DNA of 64,000 nucleotides from Guillardia theta CCMP2712 (lineage: Eukaryota; Protista; Cryptophyta). Under the pieces are notes generated by a model. That model was not told where the DNA came from and searched no databases. It saw only the letters and a program-made list of their open reading frames with translations. Of the stretch, positions 1-11,096 are shown in pieces (within the stretch, counting starts at the first letter, position 1; every line of letters starts with the position of its first letter). The translations under genes were made by a program, and so were the position numbers. The stretch spans positions 196,851-260,850 of the forward strand of contig NW_005434584.1 in NCBI RefSeq assembly GCF_000315625.1, written 5' to 3'.

Positions 1-66
1 GGTACGCCTCCGTAATTCGTAGGATTATCACAGCAATCTGAAATTCAATTATTGCCCCTTCGCCTC

Positions 67-330
67 TTTTGTTACTTATATAACCCTTGAAGGATTCATA
101 ATTTTCATAGATATTATGTTTGCTCTGGCCCACTCCGTGGGTACGCTCGTTTATATTTGGTTATATTGTGTAATAATGCGCAGCAATGTGCAGCCACGAT
201 TTACATTAGGCATTTTTGTTACTTATATAATATCATAATTTGCATTGATATTATGTTTGCTCTGGCCCACTCCGTGGGTACGCTCGTTTGTTTTTTGTTA
301 TTTTGTGTAATAATTGGCACGAATGCGCAG
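67..330. repeat. Two diverged copies of a ~140-bp AT-rich unit
   Basis: TTTTGTTACTTATATAA occurs at ~67 and ~214. The 43-bp GATATTATGTTTGCTCTGGCCCACTCCGTGGGTACGCTCGTTT is identical at ~110-152 and ~247-289. Confidence 0.85.
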
Positions 331-2970
331 CTATTATTTCAATTGATAAAATATGATAGGGATTTGGTAAGGAAAAAAAAGAGCAATGAACAGATTTTTT
401 GATTGAATATAAAAATCATTGAAATTATAAATCGAATTATAAAACAGATAAAAATTATGGGTAGGAGGTTTCTTCCGGATCATATTATTATGTATCCGAT
501 TTTCGGGTTGTACCAGCATGCCGTTCACAAGGCCATATGCAGACTCTAGCAAAATTGGTCTTTTTTTTTCTCCTTGGGAAGGGGTTCATATATACACTTC
601 CATTCAGCTACCCCGGTTTTTGCTCTATTACTGGGGGGTAGTGAGGCAGGGATAAAGTAGGGTGGGGTGATTTGAATTATACTGGCGTGGTACCCTGTCC
701 CCCGCCTTACTTTTTTGAAGCACTTCATTTTAATTGTTTAGTCAGCGCTTCAATCGTACACATCTATGTACGGATGAAGTGCCTCTGGTACAGTCTGTAC
801 TATTCTTTTAAAGTGGTTTCGACAGGCGTCTCGAATAAGCCTCCACCCTAGTGACTTCCTTTGTCTGGAGGGGTAGAGGACCGAAAGATTCTCTCATACC
901 CGTGCATTTCACTGTATCACGGTACGTGGGGGTGCTAATGGAAAAGAAGGCATTTCGATTGCCGTTTGAGCTCACCACGCCAATACCCCCGGTTCCCCTT
1001 CATCACCTTTACGAAAGGCGGGGTGGGTAGCTAGCAAAGAATACAAAACTACCCTTTGATTCAAGAGTTTGAAATTGGGAAATAGGGGGTAGGGTGCTAT
1101 CTCCACTCTCCTCTCCCCAAATCCCCCCTCCCTGGGCAAGCAAGAGATGGCTGCTTGATCCTTCACCCGCATGCAACGACAAGTCATCATGGTGAGAGGC
1201 TTCGAATCTATTGCTGCTTGAATGTGGATGAGAATTTAATCGTCTAATGTATCCATGTAGATAGACTAAGACCTTTTCTTAGTCTCTGACTTTGAAAGAA
1301 AGTTTTGAATTCCGCTTCTCTTACATGACTGCATGACAGAGAAAGCTGTCTAGGAATGAAGATGTCTTTAGAATACATTGAAAAAGATGAATACACCTTT
1401 TCTGCTCTCTTATTCGTTGTTTCAAGCATGAGAGCCGTATGTATGAGGATTCAGAGAGGAAGTATGGTTTACAATGCTGCACCATCAGTTTGCAAATGAG
1501 GTGCTTTCATGCACTCCAATCTTGCAAATATGCTAGAAAAATTCAAGTAATTGCAGTTCAGATCCTCAAAAGCAACATCTTCACATTATTTCTGCTTGAG
1601 CATGCATTCAAGATGCTCAAGGATCAACATGCTCCACGTAGCTGTGGCGACATGGAAAGTCTGTTTCAACCACAGGATGAGAATCCTACAGCAATCAATG
1701 TGGCTTACTAGAGCTACAAGCATACATTGTGCATAATTAGGTTTATTTGCAACTTTTTGATGTATCTCTGCTATGCAGGCACAACGAAGAAACCAATGTG
1801 AGGCTTATTGTGCTGACCATTGAACATGTATTTGATGCTACTTGCGGTTGTCATTGTAATGAGATTATTGCAAAGAATGATACCTCATGAATGTATAAAG
1901 ATTTCTGCAATCAGATCACTACCACTTTTGATGTCGATCCCAAGCTTACAGTGAGTCGGAATGGTCTACAGGGGAAGCGATGTTTTCATCATCATTCAAC
2001 CCCTGCATGCATTCTGCATTTATGTGAAATGAAAGAAGATACAGAAATGCTCTTTAGCATGGCCTCGAATGCAAGACTGAGATCACTTTATTTCACAATA
2101 GAACAAATAATACATGTGTGCATACTGTGTTGACGGTTCAAATGTCCGACATCACAGCTAGATGAACGCTCAAAACTAATCCCACGCATCAAGAAATCAA
2201 CACACTCTGCAAATCTGAGAAGTGGAGACTCTCGACGGTGTTCAAGGCTTAAGACGTCTTGATTGCCTCTGGCGGCATCAGTGTTTACATGCAATCAAAC
2301 ATCCTAACTGCAGTAGGCGAAATGCATGCAGAAATCTTGTGAAACAATCTATGCAATGCTTGATGTCTAATATAACAAGTGAGCTTGACTAATTACGTGG
2401 ATCTGCAAAATGATGCAATCTCCATCAAACAAATCTTCAAGGCATCGCATGTGGAAAATATGCAATTCAAAAATCATTCATCACAGGGAAGTATCTTATG
2501 ATTATTCTGCCATAAGGTTGGTGTCAAGTCAAAATGACAAGCGATCTCCTACACTGGATTCAAACCTCATGTTTTCATCATCTTGTTCTTCATAATAACC
2601 TTTTGAACCATGGATCTCACAACGCCATTGCTGCACACTGTGTTGTCACCGAACGCATCACCACGAACCTAGCGGTCTCAGGTCTCAAACTGTGCTGACT
2701 AGAGAGCTTCAAACCTAACAAAGCCTTGCATGCTGAGATCTGATGCTGGCTACAGCAGCGGATGGTCTTACAGCGGCATCGTTGGAGGAGCAGCTTTGGT
2801 GCTACGTGCCGGCGTGTAGGGGAGACATGAGTCGGGCGTGTACGATGTTGAAAACATTTCAACCCTCTGAAATGAAAGTTAAAATACATGTAAACAACCT
2901 CCACCTCACTGGCCAGAATCTATTTAACCCAAGATCCACCAAAGACTAACTCTCAGTACACCTGAGATCC

Positions 2971-3345
2971 TTACACCAACCCAAAAAAAACTTTCTCGAA
3001 AAGAAGAGTGGAAATTAACGAAAGGGCTAAAAGTGAACGGCATGCATCAGGCGAAGCATTCCAGGCAACGATAAACTCCACCATTGAGTTTGATGTCAGA
3101 TTCAAAGCTCGCGAAAGATCTTCAATCAATTCTTCACAGAAATGATCTTGATTCATGTCCTCGAATCGCAAGTCGAACTTGAGGGCAAAAACTTCGGACT
3201 GAGGAACATAAGGCTTCATCCGCTTGATATCCAACTGTTGATCATTCACAATTTCAGACAACCTTGAATATTTATCTCTTTCCTCCTGTAGCTCCTGCAA
3301 ATTTTGTCGCCGATGTTGATCCAGTTGCTGATTCAACATGCTATT
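2971..3345 (-). pseudogene. Fragment of a host-type coiled-coil protein abutting the truncated RT
   Basis: The ORF reads as Q/E/L-rich coiled coil (NQQLDQHRRQNLQELQEERDKY) followed by FALKFDLRFEDMNQDHFCEELIEDLSRAL. It is unrelated to Gypsy pol and has no clear start of its own. Confidence 0.4.
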
Positions 3346-4667
3346 TTCTTCAAGCTCAGGCAATTCTCGAGACCTTGAAGAACACTCTCGAGGAATTTCT
3401 GAAATTGATTTGCCGAATCTACCAAGCCGAAAGGAATCCTCCGATACTGATATTTCCCAAACTTCGTGATGAAACAGGTGTACTTCCTCGACGCGGCGTC
3501 CAACTCAAGTTGCCAAAAACTTTTCGCCAGGTCGAGTGAGCTGATCCACAACCGTGCCCCAGGTTCTGAAGCATAACGCGCCCTCTCTTCCATGATCTTT
3601 CGACCCACTCGTTCTATCAGCTCCATCACCAACGGCAATGGAAAGTTATCATTCCGGATCAAGCTGTTAACGAACCTCATATCAGTGCAAAAACGCAATG
3701 TACCATCAGACTTTTTTGTGAAGATTACGGGAGACGTAAACTCAGACGTCGAAGGTTCAATGATCCCACGCTCCAACAAGAAGGCAAGATTCGCTTTCAA
3801 CTCCTCCTCCAACGCGAGTGGCACAGGGTAAGGTTTCTTTTGCACCGCCTCAACGTTATCCTTGAGTCGAATCGTCGCCTTGAAGGACCGGTCAAGAACA
3901 ACGTCGCTGGGAATGTCATCACGAATGACATCCGAATAATCTTCCATGATCGTCTCGGCCGCCTTCTGCTCGAGACTCGTGGCACCATCTGTCGGCTGAG
4001 CCATCTCCAACAGGTTGCACAAATGTACCACGTACCATTCCGAATCGTTCTGCTTGAGGTCTCTCACTGCCTCAGTGTAAGAAAGTACCTGACACAGCGA
4101 GGCGTCCGCAGCCCCGAATTGCTTGTTTGTCGGGCAAACAAGTAACGGAAGCTCGACCATCTTCTTGCGCCACTTGGCAAAGACTCTGGGGTGACCCGCA
4201 TCAATCACGATCTTGTTCGCACGCATCCATTCCCATGAGAGGATCATGTCCGCATGCGGCAAGTCAAGCATGTAGAACGACCCACTACTCTTGAAACTGG
4301 AGCCTACGCCCAATTTTGTCTGGAAAACCATATCAGACAACCTACTAGTCCCATCGGCCATGATAACTCGTTTGCGAACTTCTGCATCCGTGACCAACAG
4401 ACCAAATTTGCGCACTGCCTTCGTGCTGATAAACGACTCTTCAGCAGCGGTATCGAGCAATGCATTAAGAACTATGGATTGATTCCCGAACCGAAAGGTC
4501 ACAGGTACCATAGGTAGAGCTTTGATCCTGTGAGAGTCAACGGTGATACGACATTGACGAACATCCCTAGGATCTTCTGGCGGAGGTGTGCCCGGGTCGA
4601 AGACAACATTCGAAGTCTGCAAACCCGTGCCCCCGTCGATTGCGCCCTCCGCGGCAACCGACGTCAC
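3333..4667 (-). CDS. pol: Gypsy pol (protease + truncated reverse transcriptase)
   Basis: Protease ALLDTAAEESFIS. RT motifs KPYPVP, GIIEPSTSEFTSPVIFTKKSDGTLRFCTDMR, SLDLAKSFWQ and FITKFGKYQYRRIPFGL..NQFQ. Homology stops before the YxDD motif. Confidence 0.93.
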   Translation of the reverse strand: MTSVAAEGAIDGGTGLQTSNVVFDPGTPPPEDPRDVRQCRITVDSHRIKALPMVPVTFRFGNQSIVLNALLDTAAEESFISTKAVRKFGLLVTDAEVRKRVIMADGTSRLSDMVFQTKLGVGSSFKSSGSFYMLDLPHADMILSWEWMRANKIVIDAGHPRVFAKWRKKMVELPLLVCPTNKQFGAADASLCQVLSYTEAVRDLKQNDSEWYVVHLCNLLEMAQPTDGATSLEQKAAETIMEDYSDVIRDDIPSDVVLDRSFKATIRLKDNVEAVQKKPYPVPLALEEELKANLAFLLERGIIEPSTSEFTSPVIFTKKSDGTLRFCTDMRFVNSLIRNDNFPLPLVMELIERVGRKIMEERARYASEPGARLWISSLDLAKSFWQLELDAASRKYTCFITKFGKYQYRRIPFGLVDSANQFQKFLESVLQGLENCLSLKKIAC

Positions 4668-4676
4668 TGGTTTAAA
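4634..4676 (-). promoter_or_regulatory. -1 programmed ribosomal frameshift signal (gag to pol)
   Basis: The minus strand reads T TTA AAC in the gag frame (4676-4670), then a 6-nt spacer, then a stem CGTCGGTTGC/GCAATCGACG (4663-4634). pol is in the -1 frame. Confidence 0.88.
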
Positions 4677-5098
4677 GCTGACGGTTGTTCAGACCTCGAC
4701 AAGAGAGGGCACTTGTCTCTGAAGTGACCGAACTTCTGACAGTTGTAGCACTTCACCTTCTTCTTGTCGAACTTCTTCTCCTTGCCCTGCATGTCCTCGC
4801 TCTGAGTGGGAGCCGACCGCTTGCCCTCATGACGAGGTTGTGCTTGGGTGAAATGAAGACTCGTATGACCGTCTNNNNNNNNNNNNNNNNNNNNNNNNNN
4901 NNNNNNNNNNNNNNNNNNNNNNNNNNNNNNNNNNNNNNNNNNNNNNNNNNNNNNNNNNNNNNNNNNNNNNNNNNNNNNNNNNNNNNNCATCAGCATGCTC
5001 AATTCCTTCCGTAGCATGGCACGCGCATAGTCCATTTGAATCCCATCGACAAAGACGCGTTCCCAGCTACCTAGCGCAACACTAGGTCTCTTGGACAC
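4664..5098 (-). CDS. gag: Gypsy gag C-terminal part (interrupted by N gap)
   Basis: CCHC knuckle CYNCQKFGHFRDKC. The ORF ends SALNQ* overlapping the pol frame. Confidence 0.88.
   Translation of the reverse strand: MSKRPSVALGSWERVFVDGIQMDYARAMLRKELSMLMXXXXXXXXXXXXXXXXXXXXXXXXXXXXXXXXXXXXXXDGHTSLHFTQAQPRHEGKRSAPTQSEDMQGKEKKFDKKKVKCYNCQKFGHFRDKCPLLSRSEQPSALNQ
4875..4987. other. Assembly gap (N)
   Basis: Run of N. Confidence 1.
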
Positions 5099-5127
5099 AA
5101 GGTAGCACGCCTGCAGGTGTGTGACCA

Positions 5128-5488
5128 NNNNNNNNNNNNNNNNNNNNNNNNNNNNNNNNNNNNNNNNNNNNNNNNNNNNNNNNNNNNNNNNNNNNNNNNN
5201 NNNNNNNNNNNNNNNNNNNNNNNNNNNNNNNNNNNNNNNNNNNNNNNNNNNNNNNNNNNNNNNNNNNNNNNNNNNNNNNNNNNNNNNNNNNNNNNNNNNN
5301 NNNNNNNNNNNNNNNNNNNNNNNNNNNNNNNNNNNNNNNNNNNNNNNNNNNNNNNNNNNNNNNNNNNNNNNNNNNNNNNNNNNNNNNNNNNNNNNNNNNN
5401 NNNNNNNNNNNNNNNNNNNNNNNNNNNNNNNNNNNNNNNNNNNNNNNNNNNNNNNNNNNNNNNNNNNNNNNNNNNNNNNNNNNNNNNN
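5128..5488. other. Assembly gap (N)
   Basis: Run of N. Confidence 1.
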
Positions 5489-6990
5489 NCCGACTGACCA
5501 CTGTCAGTCGAGACGTCCGCTGCCGCCACAAAAGCGGGCGGCCGCGGACGGAGAAAGGGCAGCCGCCGACAAGGAGCCGGCGTTGCCCGGGGGTCCGCCT
5601 GGGGCAGCGGACGGAGGGAGGCTGGACACAGGAACACGGTACCGCTCGAGGTAGTCCTCCTCGCTAGCCTCCGAGTCAGCGGTAGCCGAGTCAGCGGTAG
5701 CCGCCCGTGACGGCGGCGACGCCGCGGCAATGCCCAAGGACCGGCGTGACCCGACCGATGCCGGGGAGGAAGCAGGCGAGCTCGGACCAGCAGCAAGCAC
5801 CCCAGTGGTGTCGAGCTCTCCGGAGGCACCCGACGTCACAGTGAGGGACGGAGACGCCTCGCCAGCTCCGCGCCGATCGTCGGGGCCACTCGAAGGGTGT
5901 CCCCCATCGGAGTCGGAGACCTCCGGCGAAGACTCCTCGGGCGACTCGACAAAGTCCGAGCAGGAGCTGTCCTCTGGCTCGAGAAGTGCTTGCGCCCGCA
6001 AGGGCGTCATGCGCCTCGCACCAGACAAGAGCGCTTCCAGCGTCAGCTGCATGGTGAGGCGCTGATAGGTGGCGGCGCGTTTGCGAGCCAAGACCTCAGC
6101 AGCAGGTCCGTCATCAGGCACGAAGTGCCGACCAAACGCCGCATCCTCAAGAGGCATTGAGCGCTGAGCAATGATGTCCGCGAGATACCAAATGAAGCGG
6201 AGGGTGTCAGGATGCAGGGTACCGTCCGTCGACATGGCAAGAGGGATGAACGCTCGAGGAGGAGTAGTCATGGCATATGCAGCGCGATGTTTGCGAATCT
6301 TCTNNNNNNNNNNNNNNNNNNNNNNNNNNNNNNNNNNNNNNNNNNNNNNNNNNNNNNNNNNNNNNNNNNNNNNNNNNNNNNNNNNNNNNNNNNNNNNNNN
6401 NNNNNNNNNNNNNNNNNNNNNNNNNNNNNNNNNNNNNNNNNNNNNNNNNNNNNNNNNNNNNNNNNNNNNNNNNNNNNNNNNNNNNNNNNNNNNNNNNNNN
6501 NNNNNNNNNNNNNNNNNNNNNNNNNNNNNNNNNNNNNNNNNNNNNNNNNNNNNNNNNNNNNNNNNNNNNNNNNNNNNNNNNNNNNNNNNNNNNNNNNNNN
6601 NNNNNNNNNNNNNNNNNNNNNNNNNNNNNNNNNNNNNNNNNNNNNNNNNNNNNGGATCGAGCTCGCGCTGACATCCATCACATTTCGTCGGACACTGGCA
6701 GATCGGCATGCCATGGAGATAGCAGTCGAGCATCTGAGCATAGCGGTGCGGGAAGGCCTTGAGGGGGTAGTAGCTCGAGACTCGCATCGGAGAGTGGCTC
6801 AGGTCACGCTCAGGAAAATGAGCGAAGATGGTAGACTGCAAGACCCTATCCTGCGACTTGAGCGAGTGTGTCCTGCGGCTGTGCAAGGTGAGGATATCAC
6901 GCTGCTGATCGGTCAGCGCAGCGCGAGCATGCACATGGCGAGGGAAGACGCGCATGACAAGAGGGGTCACATTTCGCTGCGCAGGGGGAG
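5489..6990 (-). mobile_element. 3' part of a non-LTR retrotransposon with restriction-like endonuclease (CRE/R2-type)
   Basis: ORF 5504-6970 contains a Cys cluster CQCPTKCDGCQRELD (start of the RLE zinc knuckle, cut by the gap). It continues with KIRKH..AFIPLAMSTDGTLHPDTLRFIWYLA, matching the K..K(Y/H)...F.P....T.G C-terminal RLE pattern. Confidence 0.75.
6304..6653. other. Assembly gap (N)
   Basis: Run of N. Confidence 1.
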
Positions 6991-8441
6991 GTAATGGATT
7001 TACTGGCAGAAGGTAAAAAGTGCCTCAAGCAAAACAAAGCAGGAACAAGCTGAACCGGCAGGCACACAGTCCACAGGAGGAATGAAGTGCTCATGAGACG
7101 AGTCGACGAGAGCGCGCAAACCAGGGATGTGTACCACAGATGCCGGGGGGCGTCCTGCGTCATCAGGCACAGCAGCCGGGGCAGGTGGGATCGCCGCTGG
7201 GGAGCTTGCTGCTGGTTGCAAGGTGAGGATATCACGCTGCTGATCGGTCAGCGCAGCGCGAGCATGCACATGGCGAGGGAAGACGCGCATGACAAGAGGG
7301 GTCACATTTCGCTGCGCAGGCGGCGGAATGAAGTGCTCATGAGACGAGTCGACGAGAGCGCGCAAACCAGGGATGTGTACAGATGCCGGGGGGCGGCCTG
7401 CGTCATCTGGTATCTCGCGGACATCATTGGTTCAGCTTGTTCCTGCTTTGGTTTGCTTGAGGCACAGCGGACGTCTCGACTGACAGTGGTCAGTCGGCTG
7501 CCTCCGGGTATCGCGTCTAAGGGATTTTCTTCCTCCTGCTTGCTCCTGCTGCTTGTTGCTTGATTGCTTGACCCTTAGGCTGCTTGTCGGTACGGTCTGC
7601 GCGGCTTCGCGCTTGGGCTGGCGGTGCCGCGTCTGGGTGCCAGCAGTGCTGGTTCTTTTCGGGCTTGTGTTTTGTGTGTGATTGTGCAGCTTCTCGCTGT
7701 GCGCTGTGTGCCAGGAGGTTTAGCTTGTTCCTGCTTTGTTTTGCTTGAGGCACTTTTTACCTTCTGCCAGTAAATCCATTGCTGACCCTCCCATCCTCAT
7801 GGCCGCAAGATGAAGGGCGATATCCACATCCCTGGAATCCGCGATCGAGGGTCCGAGCAGTACGAGGGCTTGATGGCGGACGTGACGTTGGTCCACCCTT
7901 ACATTCAAGCACATAGGATTTACTGGCAGAAGGTGAAAAGTGCCTCAAGCAAACCAAAGCAGGAACAAGCTAAACCGGCTTGCACACAGCTCACAGCGAG
8001 AAGCTGCACAAACACACACAAAACACAAGCCCGAAAAGAACCAGCACTGCTGGCAACCCGGTCAGCAGACCCGGCATCGCCAGCCCACTGCTGAGCCTCG
8101 GAGCGCGAAGCCGCGCAGACAAGCAGCCGAAAGGTCAAGCAATCAAGCAACAAGCAGCAGGAGCATGCAGGAGGAATAAAATCCCTTAGACGCGATACCC
8201 GGAGGCCGCAGCCGATTTTTACCTTCTGCCAGTAAATCCACTACTACTGACCACTGTCAGTCGAGACGTCCGCTGCCGCCACAAAGCTGGCGGTCGCGGA
8301 CGGAGAAAGGGCAGCCGCCTCGGACAAGGAGCCGGCGTTGCCCGGGGGTCCGCCGGGGTTAGCGGACCGGAGGGAGGCTGGACACAGGAGCACGGTACCG
8401 CTCGAGGTAGTCCTCCTCGCTAGCCTCCGAGTCAGCGGTAG
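6884..8441. mobile_element. Patchwork of direct and inverted fragments of the same RLE non-LTR family
   Basis: ~6884-6985 is duplicated at ~7217-7320, and ~7079-7165 at ~7326-7406. The 3'-terminal segment occurs at 6995-7056(-), 7465-7779(+), 7916-8215(-) and 8216-8240(+). The RLE core KGDIHIP..MADVTLVHP is at ~7810-7905(+). 8244-8441 copies ~5493-5694. Confidence 0.8.
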
Positions 8442-8624
8442 TGTTAGGATATGCTCCTAAACTGTGATTCAAATAACAGTGCGAGTGATGCGCAGCAGTT
8501 CCTTCAAGAAACAAACAGTATCTACGATCCGTAAACCATGCACGTGAAGTTTATTCTTTCTCAATTTTCCTGCCTCAGATACCTCAAAATAAAGTAAGTA
8601 AAGTTAGCACAATAAATCCTATCA
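8442..8624 (-). repeat. 3' LTR (183 bp)
   Basis: Matches 11097-11312 except for a 33-bp deletion. On the minus strand it is preceded by purine-rich GTGGGAGCGAA (8635-8625, PPT-like). Confidence 0.95.
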
Positions 8625-8700
8625 TTCGCTCCCACTAGCACAACAATTGAGAATCTTCTTCACATTGTCTTCGCTGCAAATATCAACGAATCAACAAATG

Positions 8701-9855
8701 TTAATCCCGAATCATCTTCTTCAATGCATCCGTGGTAAATTCACGAGAATGCAACCAAGAATTGTCTGAAGATTGATCGTACCCTTTCCATTTGACCAAA
8801 TATTGCACTCGATTACCTTTTCCACGACGTGCTAAAATTCGTTCAACTTCGTAAAAATCTCCGTTTTGTTGAATCAATGGCAATGGAGGTGCCACCGAAT
8901 TTTCCAAATCAACGTCACGAACGTAATATGGTCTGAGCTTCGACACATTGAAAACAGTTTTGTTCAAATGCTGAAACCTTGCTGTGAATTCCAATCGAAC
9001 TGAACTATCCGAAACTTTCTCATGTATCTTGAAAGGTCCAACGAAACGCAACTTCATCTTTGCCACTGTTTCTGGTAACTTCAGATCCCGAGTTGATAGC
9101 ATCACCATCTTACCAATCTTGTAATCTCGCTGCTTGCGATGTTGCTTCAGAAATTTCTCGGTTTGAATCGCAGACAACGTCAGTGCGTCTCTTGCGATGT
9201 CGATTGCAGCCAAAATTTCATCTCTTACCTCGTCGACATCCTCTTCTTGATCGTCCGGTGATAAATCGACCACAGTCCGAACATCACGACCATAAATAAT
9301 CTGAAATGGAGTGAGATTTGTAGAATTTCTGACTGTCGAGTTCCAAATTGTTTCCAAATGAATCAAATAATTGTCCCATAATTTTGCATCGTTCTTCAAA
9401 CAGAAAATACGCAATGCCTCGACGATCACACTGTTGAACTTCTCCACTCTGCCTTGTGCCTGTGGGTAATAGACACTACTGTGTTTCACATCGACCGCCA
9501 TCAATCGAAACAATTCTTCCCAAAACTGAGATGAAAACAAAGAGCCATTGTCTGAGACAATCGTCTTACAAATACCTTGAGCTCTGTAAACAGTTTCAAA
9601 ATAAGCCTTGGCAGCTCCCTTGGAATTGATCGACTTCTTACAAGGATACAGAAATACTCTGTTCGAAAATTGATCAAGAAATACAAGCACACTATCATTT
9701 CCTCTCTTCGACACAGGTAACGCTGAAAGCAAATCCACAGTGATCTTTTCAAACCTTTCCCGAGGAACCAAATGACTATGCGGAACTCCTGCTGACCTTT
9801 GCTTGTAAGACTGTGCCTGTGAACACTCGGAACATGAGTTGACGTAGTTTGTCAC
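8701..9855 (-). CDS. Integrase with C-terminal chromodomain (N-terminally truncated)
   Basis: YVNSCSEC (second half of HHCC), DDE triad (ITVD, VSDNG, GRVE), GPF motif RFVGPFKI, and chromodomain YEVERILARR..QYLVKWKGY..NSW. Confidence 0.96.
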   Translation of the reverse strand: MTNYVNSCSECSQAQSYKQRSAGVPHSHLVPRERFEKITVDLLSALPVSKRGNDSVLVFLDQFSNRVFLYPCKKSINSKGAAKAYFETVYRAQGICKTIVSDNGSLFSSQFWEELFRLMAVDVKHSSVYYPQAQGRVEKFNSVIVEALRIFCLKNDAKLWDNYLIHLETIWNSTVRNSTNLTPFQIIYGRDVRTVVDLSPDDQEEDVDEVRDEILAAIDIARDALTLSAIQTEKFLKQHRKQRDYKIGKMVMLSTRDLKLPETVAKMKLRFVGPFKIHEKVSDSSVRLEFTARFQHLNKTVFNVSKLRPYYVRDVDLENSVAPPLPLIQQNGDFYEVERILARRGKGNRVQYLVKWKGYDQSSDNSWLHSREFTTDALKKMIRD

Positions 9856-9878
9856 ATCTCTTGCCGGATCAACACCCT

Positions 9879-11029
9879 CTACAACTGTTGAAGATCGGAT
9901 GTCACCTTAATCGGTGCCCACTGCGATGCCTGGATCACCTTCAATCTGGCTCGATCCATACCACAATCGCCCTTCTCCAAAACTACAGTCCCGGCATACA
10001 TGTACGATGGATACTTTCCTATGTGATCCATCGAACAGTAGTCCTCTTCTGCCATACCATCAGCTTCCACAGCCGCCTTCACTTTACCCATCAAATGCAT
10101 CTTAATAAATTGACTGTAAAGTCCAGAAACGAAATTTCTTTCCAAATATGCTGTTGCCATCAAATATTTTCGTCGAAACTTGTAACATGCAATGATGTGA
10201 TTGGCACCCTTTCCAATCTGTCGAACATTTTTCTTTTGATGCTCAACCAGTTTTGCAACATCCAAATCCCCCTGATTACCATTACCCGGTAAGGACATGG
10301 CCTGCTCCTCGTCAGTCCGTGTAACCATCCAACTGATCCTCTTGTCCTCAAAAAGCGACGCTGCCATTGCATTCCGATTTTTCTGATGCTTGCATTGCAC
10401 CTCTACATCTCGCAACCAAGTCACAAGTGACTTATCAACATCGACAATCCCATCGAATAGCGACACATACTTCATACCAATATTGCAGGTACAACCCAAT
10501 GCATCCTGTTCATATGTGGACCCGTTATCCAGAGCACTCTTTTCCTCAAAATGCTCCATACTTTTGACTGAATGTGCTAAACAAGCTTGAGTCCCCGACG
10601 GCATTTGCTCTGGAAGTACTTCATGGGTTCGCTTAACTTGCTCCATTTCCATACGCATAGCATCTACTAGTCGACTCAATGTGCACGCAATTCATCGTTC
10701 TCCTCTTGGAGATCCCGATAAGTTGCCCTTCCTAAGAACGGTTTTTGTTGTACATCATCCATTCCCAATGTTTTCGGCGCAATGTCCACGCCACGTCCAT
10801 CCATGGACTCTGGCACAAGAGAACCTGTCTGCCCCGATCCTGGCACACAAGATTGTACCTCACAGATCTCAGACTTCTCCCGTTCACAAGTATTGATTCT
10901 TTCTGGAGAACCCCTCATGGTATCTCTCATGAAAGTACCAAACTTTGACATTCCAGATTTCACCATACCAGAAATCCCAGAATTGCCAGGACGAACATTG
11001 TTCGCAGACATAGATCCACTGTTAACCAT
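9879..11029 (-). pseudogene. gag: gag-like region, split into two frames (10676-11029 and 9879-10679)
   Basis: Lies directly after the 5' LTR/PBS. LFDG..LVTWLRDVE..MAASLF..ISW resembles the retrotransposon capsid pattern. Confidence 0.65.
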
Positions 11030-11080
11030 GTTTTCTTGATTACTTCGCTACAAGCCGCTGAAATTTGAAGTGAAAACCAA

Positions 11081-11093
11081 GCTTCGCCTACCA
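11081..11093 (-). promoter_or_regulatory. Putative tRNA primer-binding site
   Basis: TGGTAGGCGAAGC begins 3 nt inside the 5' LTR end on the minus strand (TGG complements tRNA CCA). The tRNA is not identified. Confidence 0.7.
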
Positions 11094-11096
11094 AAA

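Larger units (their letters stand above)
3333..5127 (-). mobile_element. Ty3/Gypsy LTR-retrotransposon remnant (gag C-terminus, protease, N-terminal half of RT); no LTR visible
   Basis: Gag zinc knuckle, then aspartic protease, then RT, in Gypsy order. Bounded by an N gap on one side and a truncation on the other. Confidence 0.93.

Noticed and set aside
1200-2930. Possible decayed gene (W/R-rich helical repeats)
   Set aside because: Only short broken ORFs; no family or splice model could be supported.
5071-6994. ORFs consisting largely of X
   Set aside because: Artefacts of translation through N gaps. Only 5504-6970 and 4664-5098 have supporting motifs.
7916-8240. MITE with ~24-bp terminal inverted repeats
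   Set aside because: No TSD is present. The interior is the non-LTR element's 3' UTR, so the apparent TIRs are better explained as inverted copies of that element's 3' end.
3333-9855. pol (3333-4667) and integrase (8701-9855) as parts of one element
   Set aside because: The order is wrong for a minus-strand Gypsy, and the integrase is enclosed by its own LTR pair and TSD.
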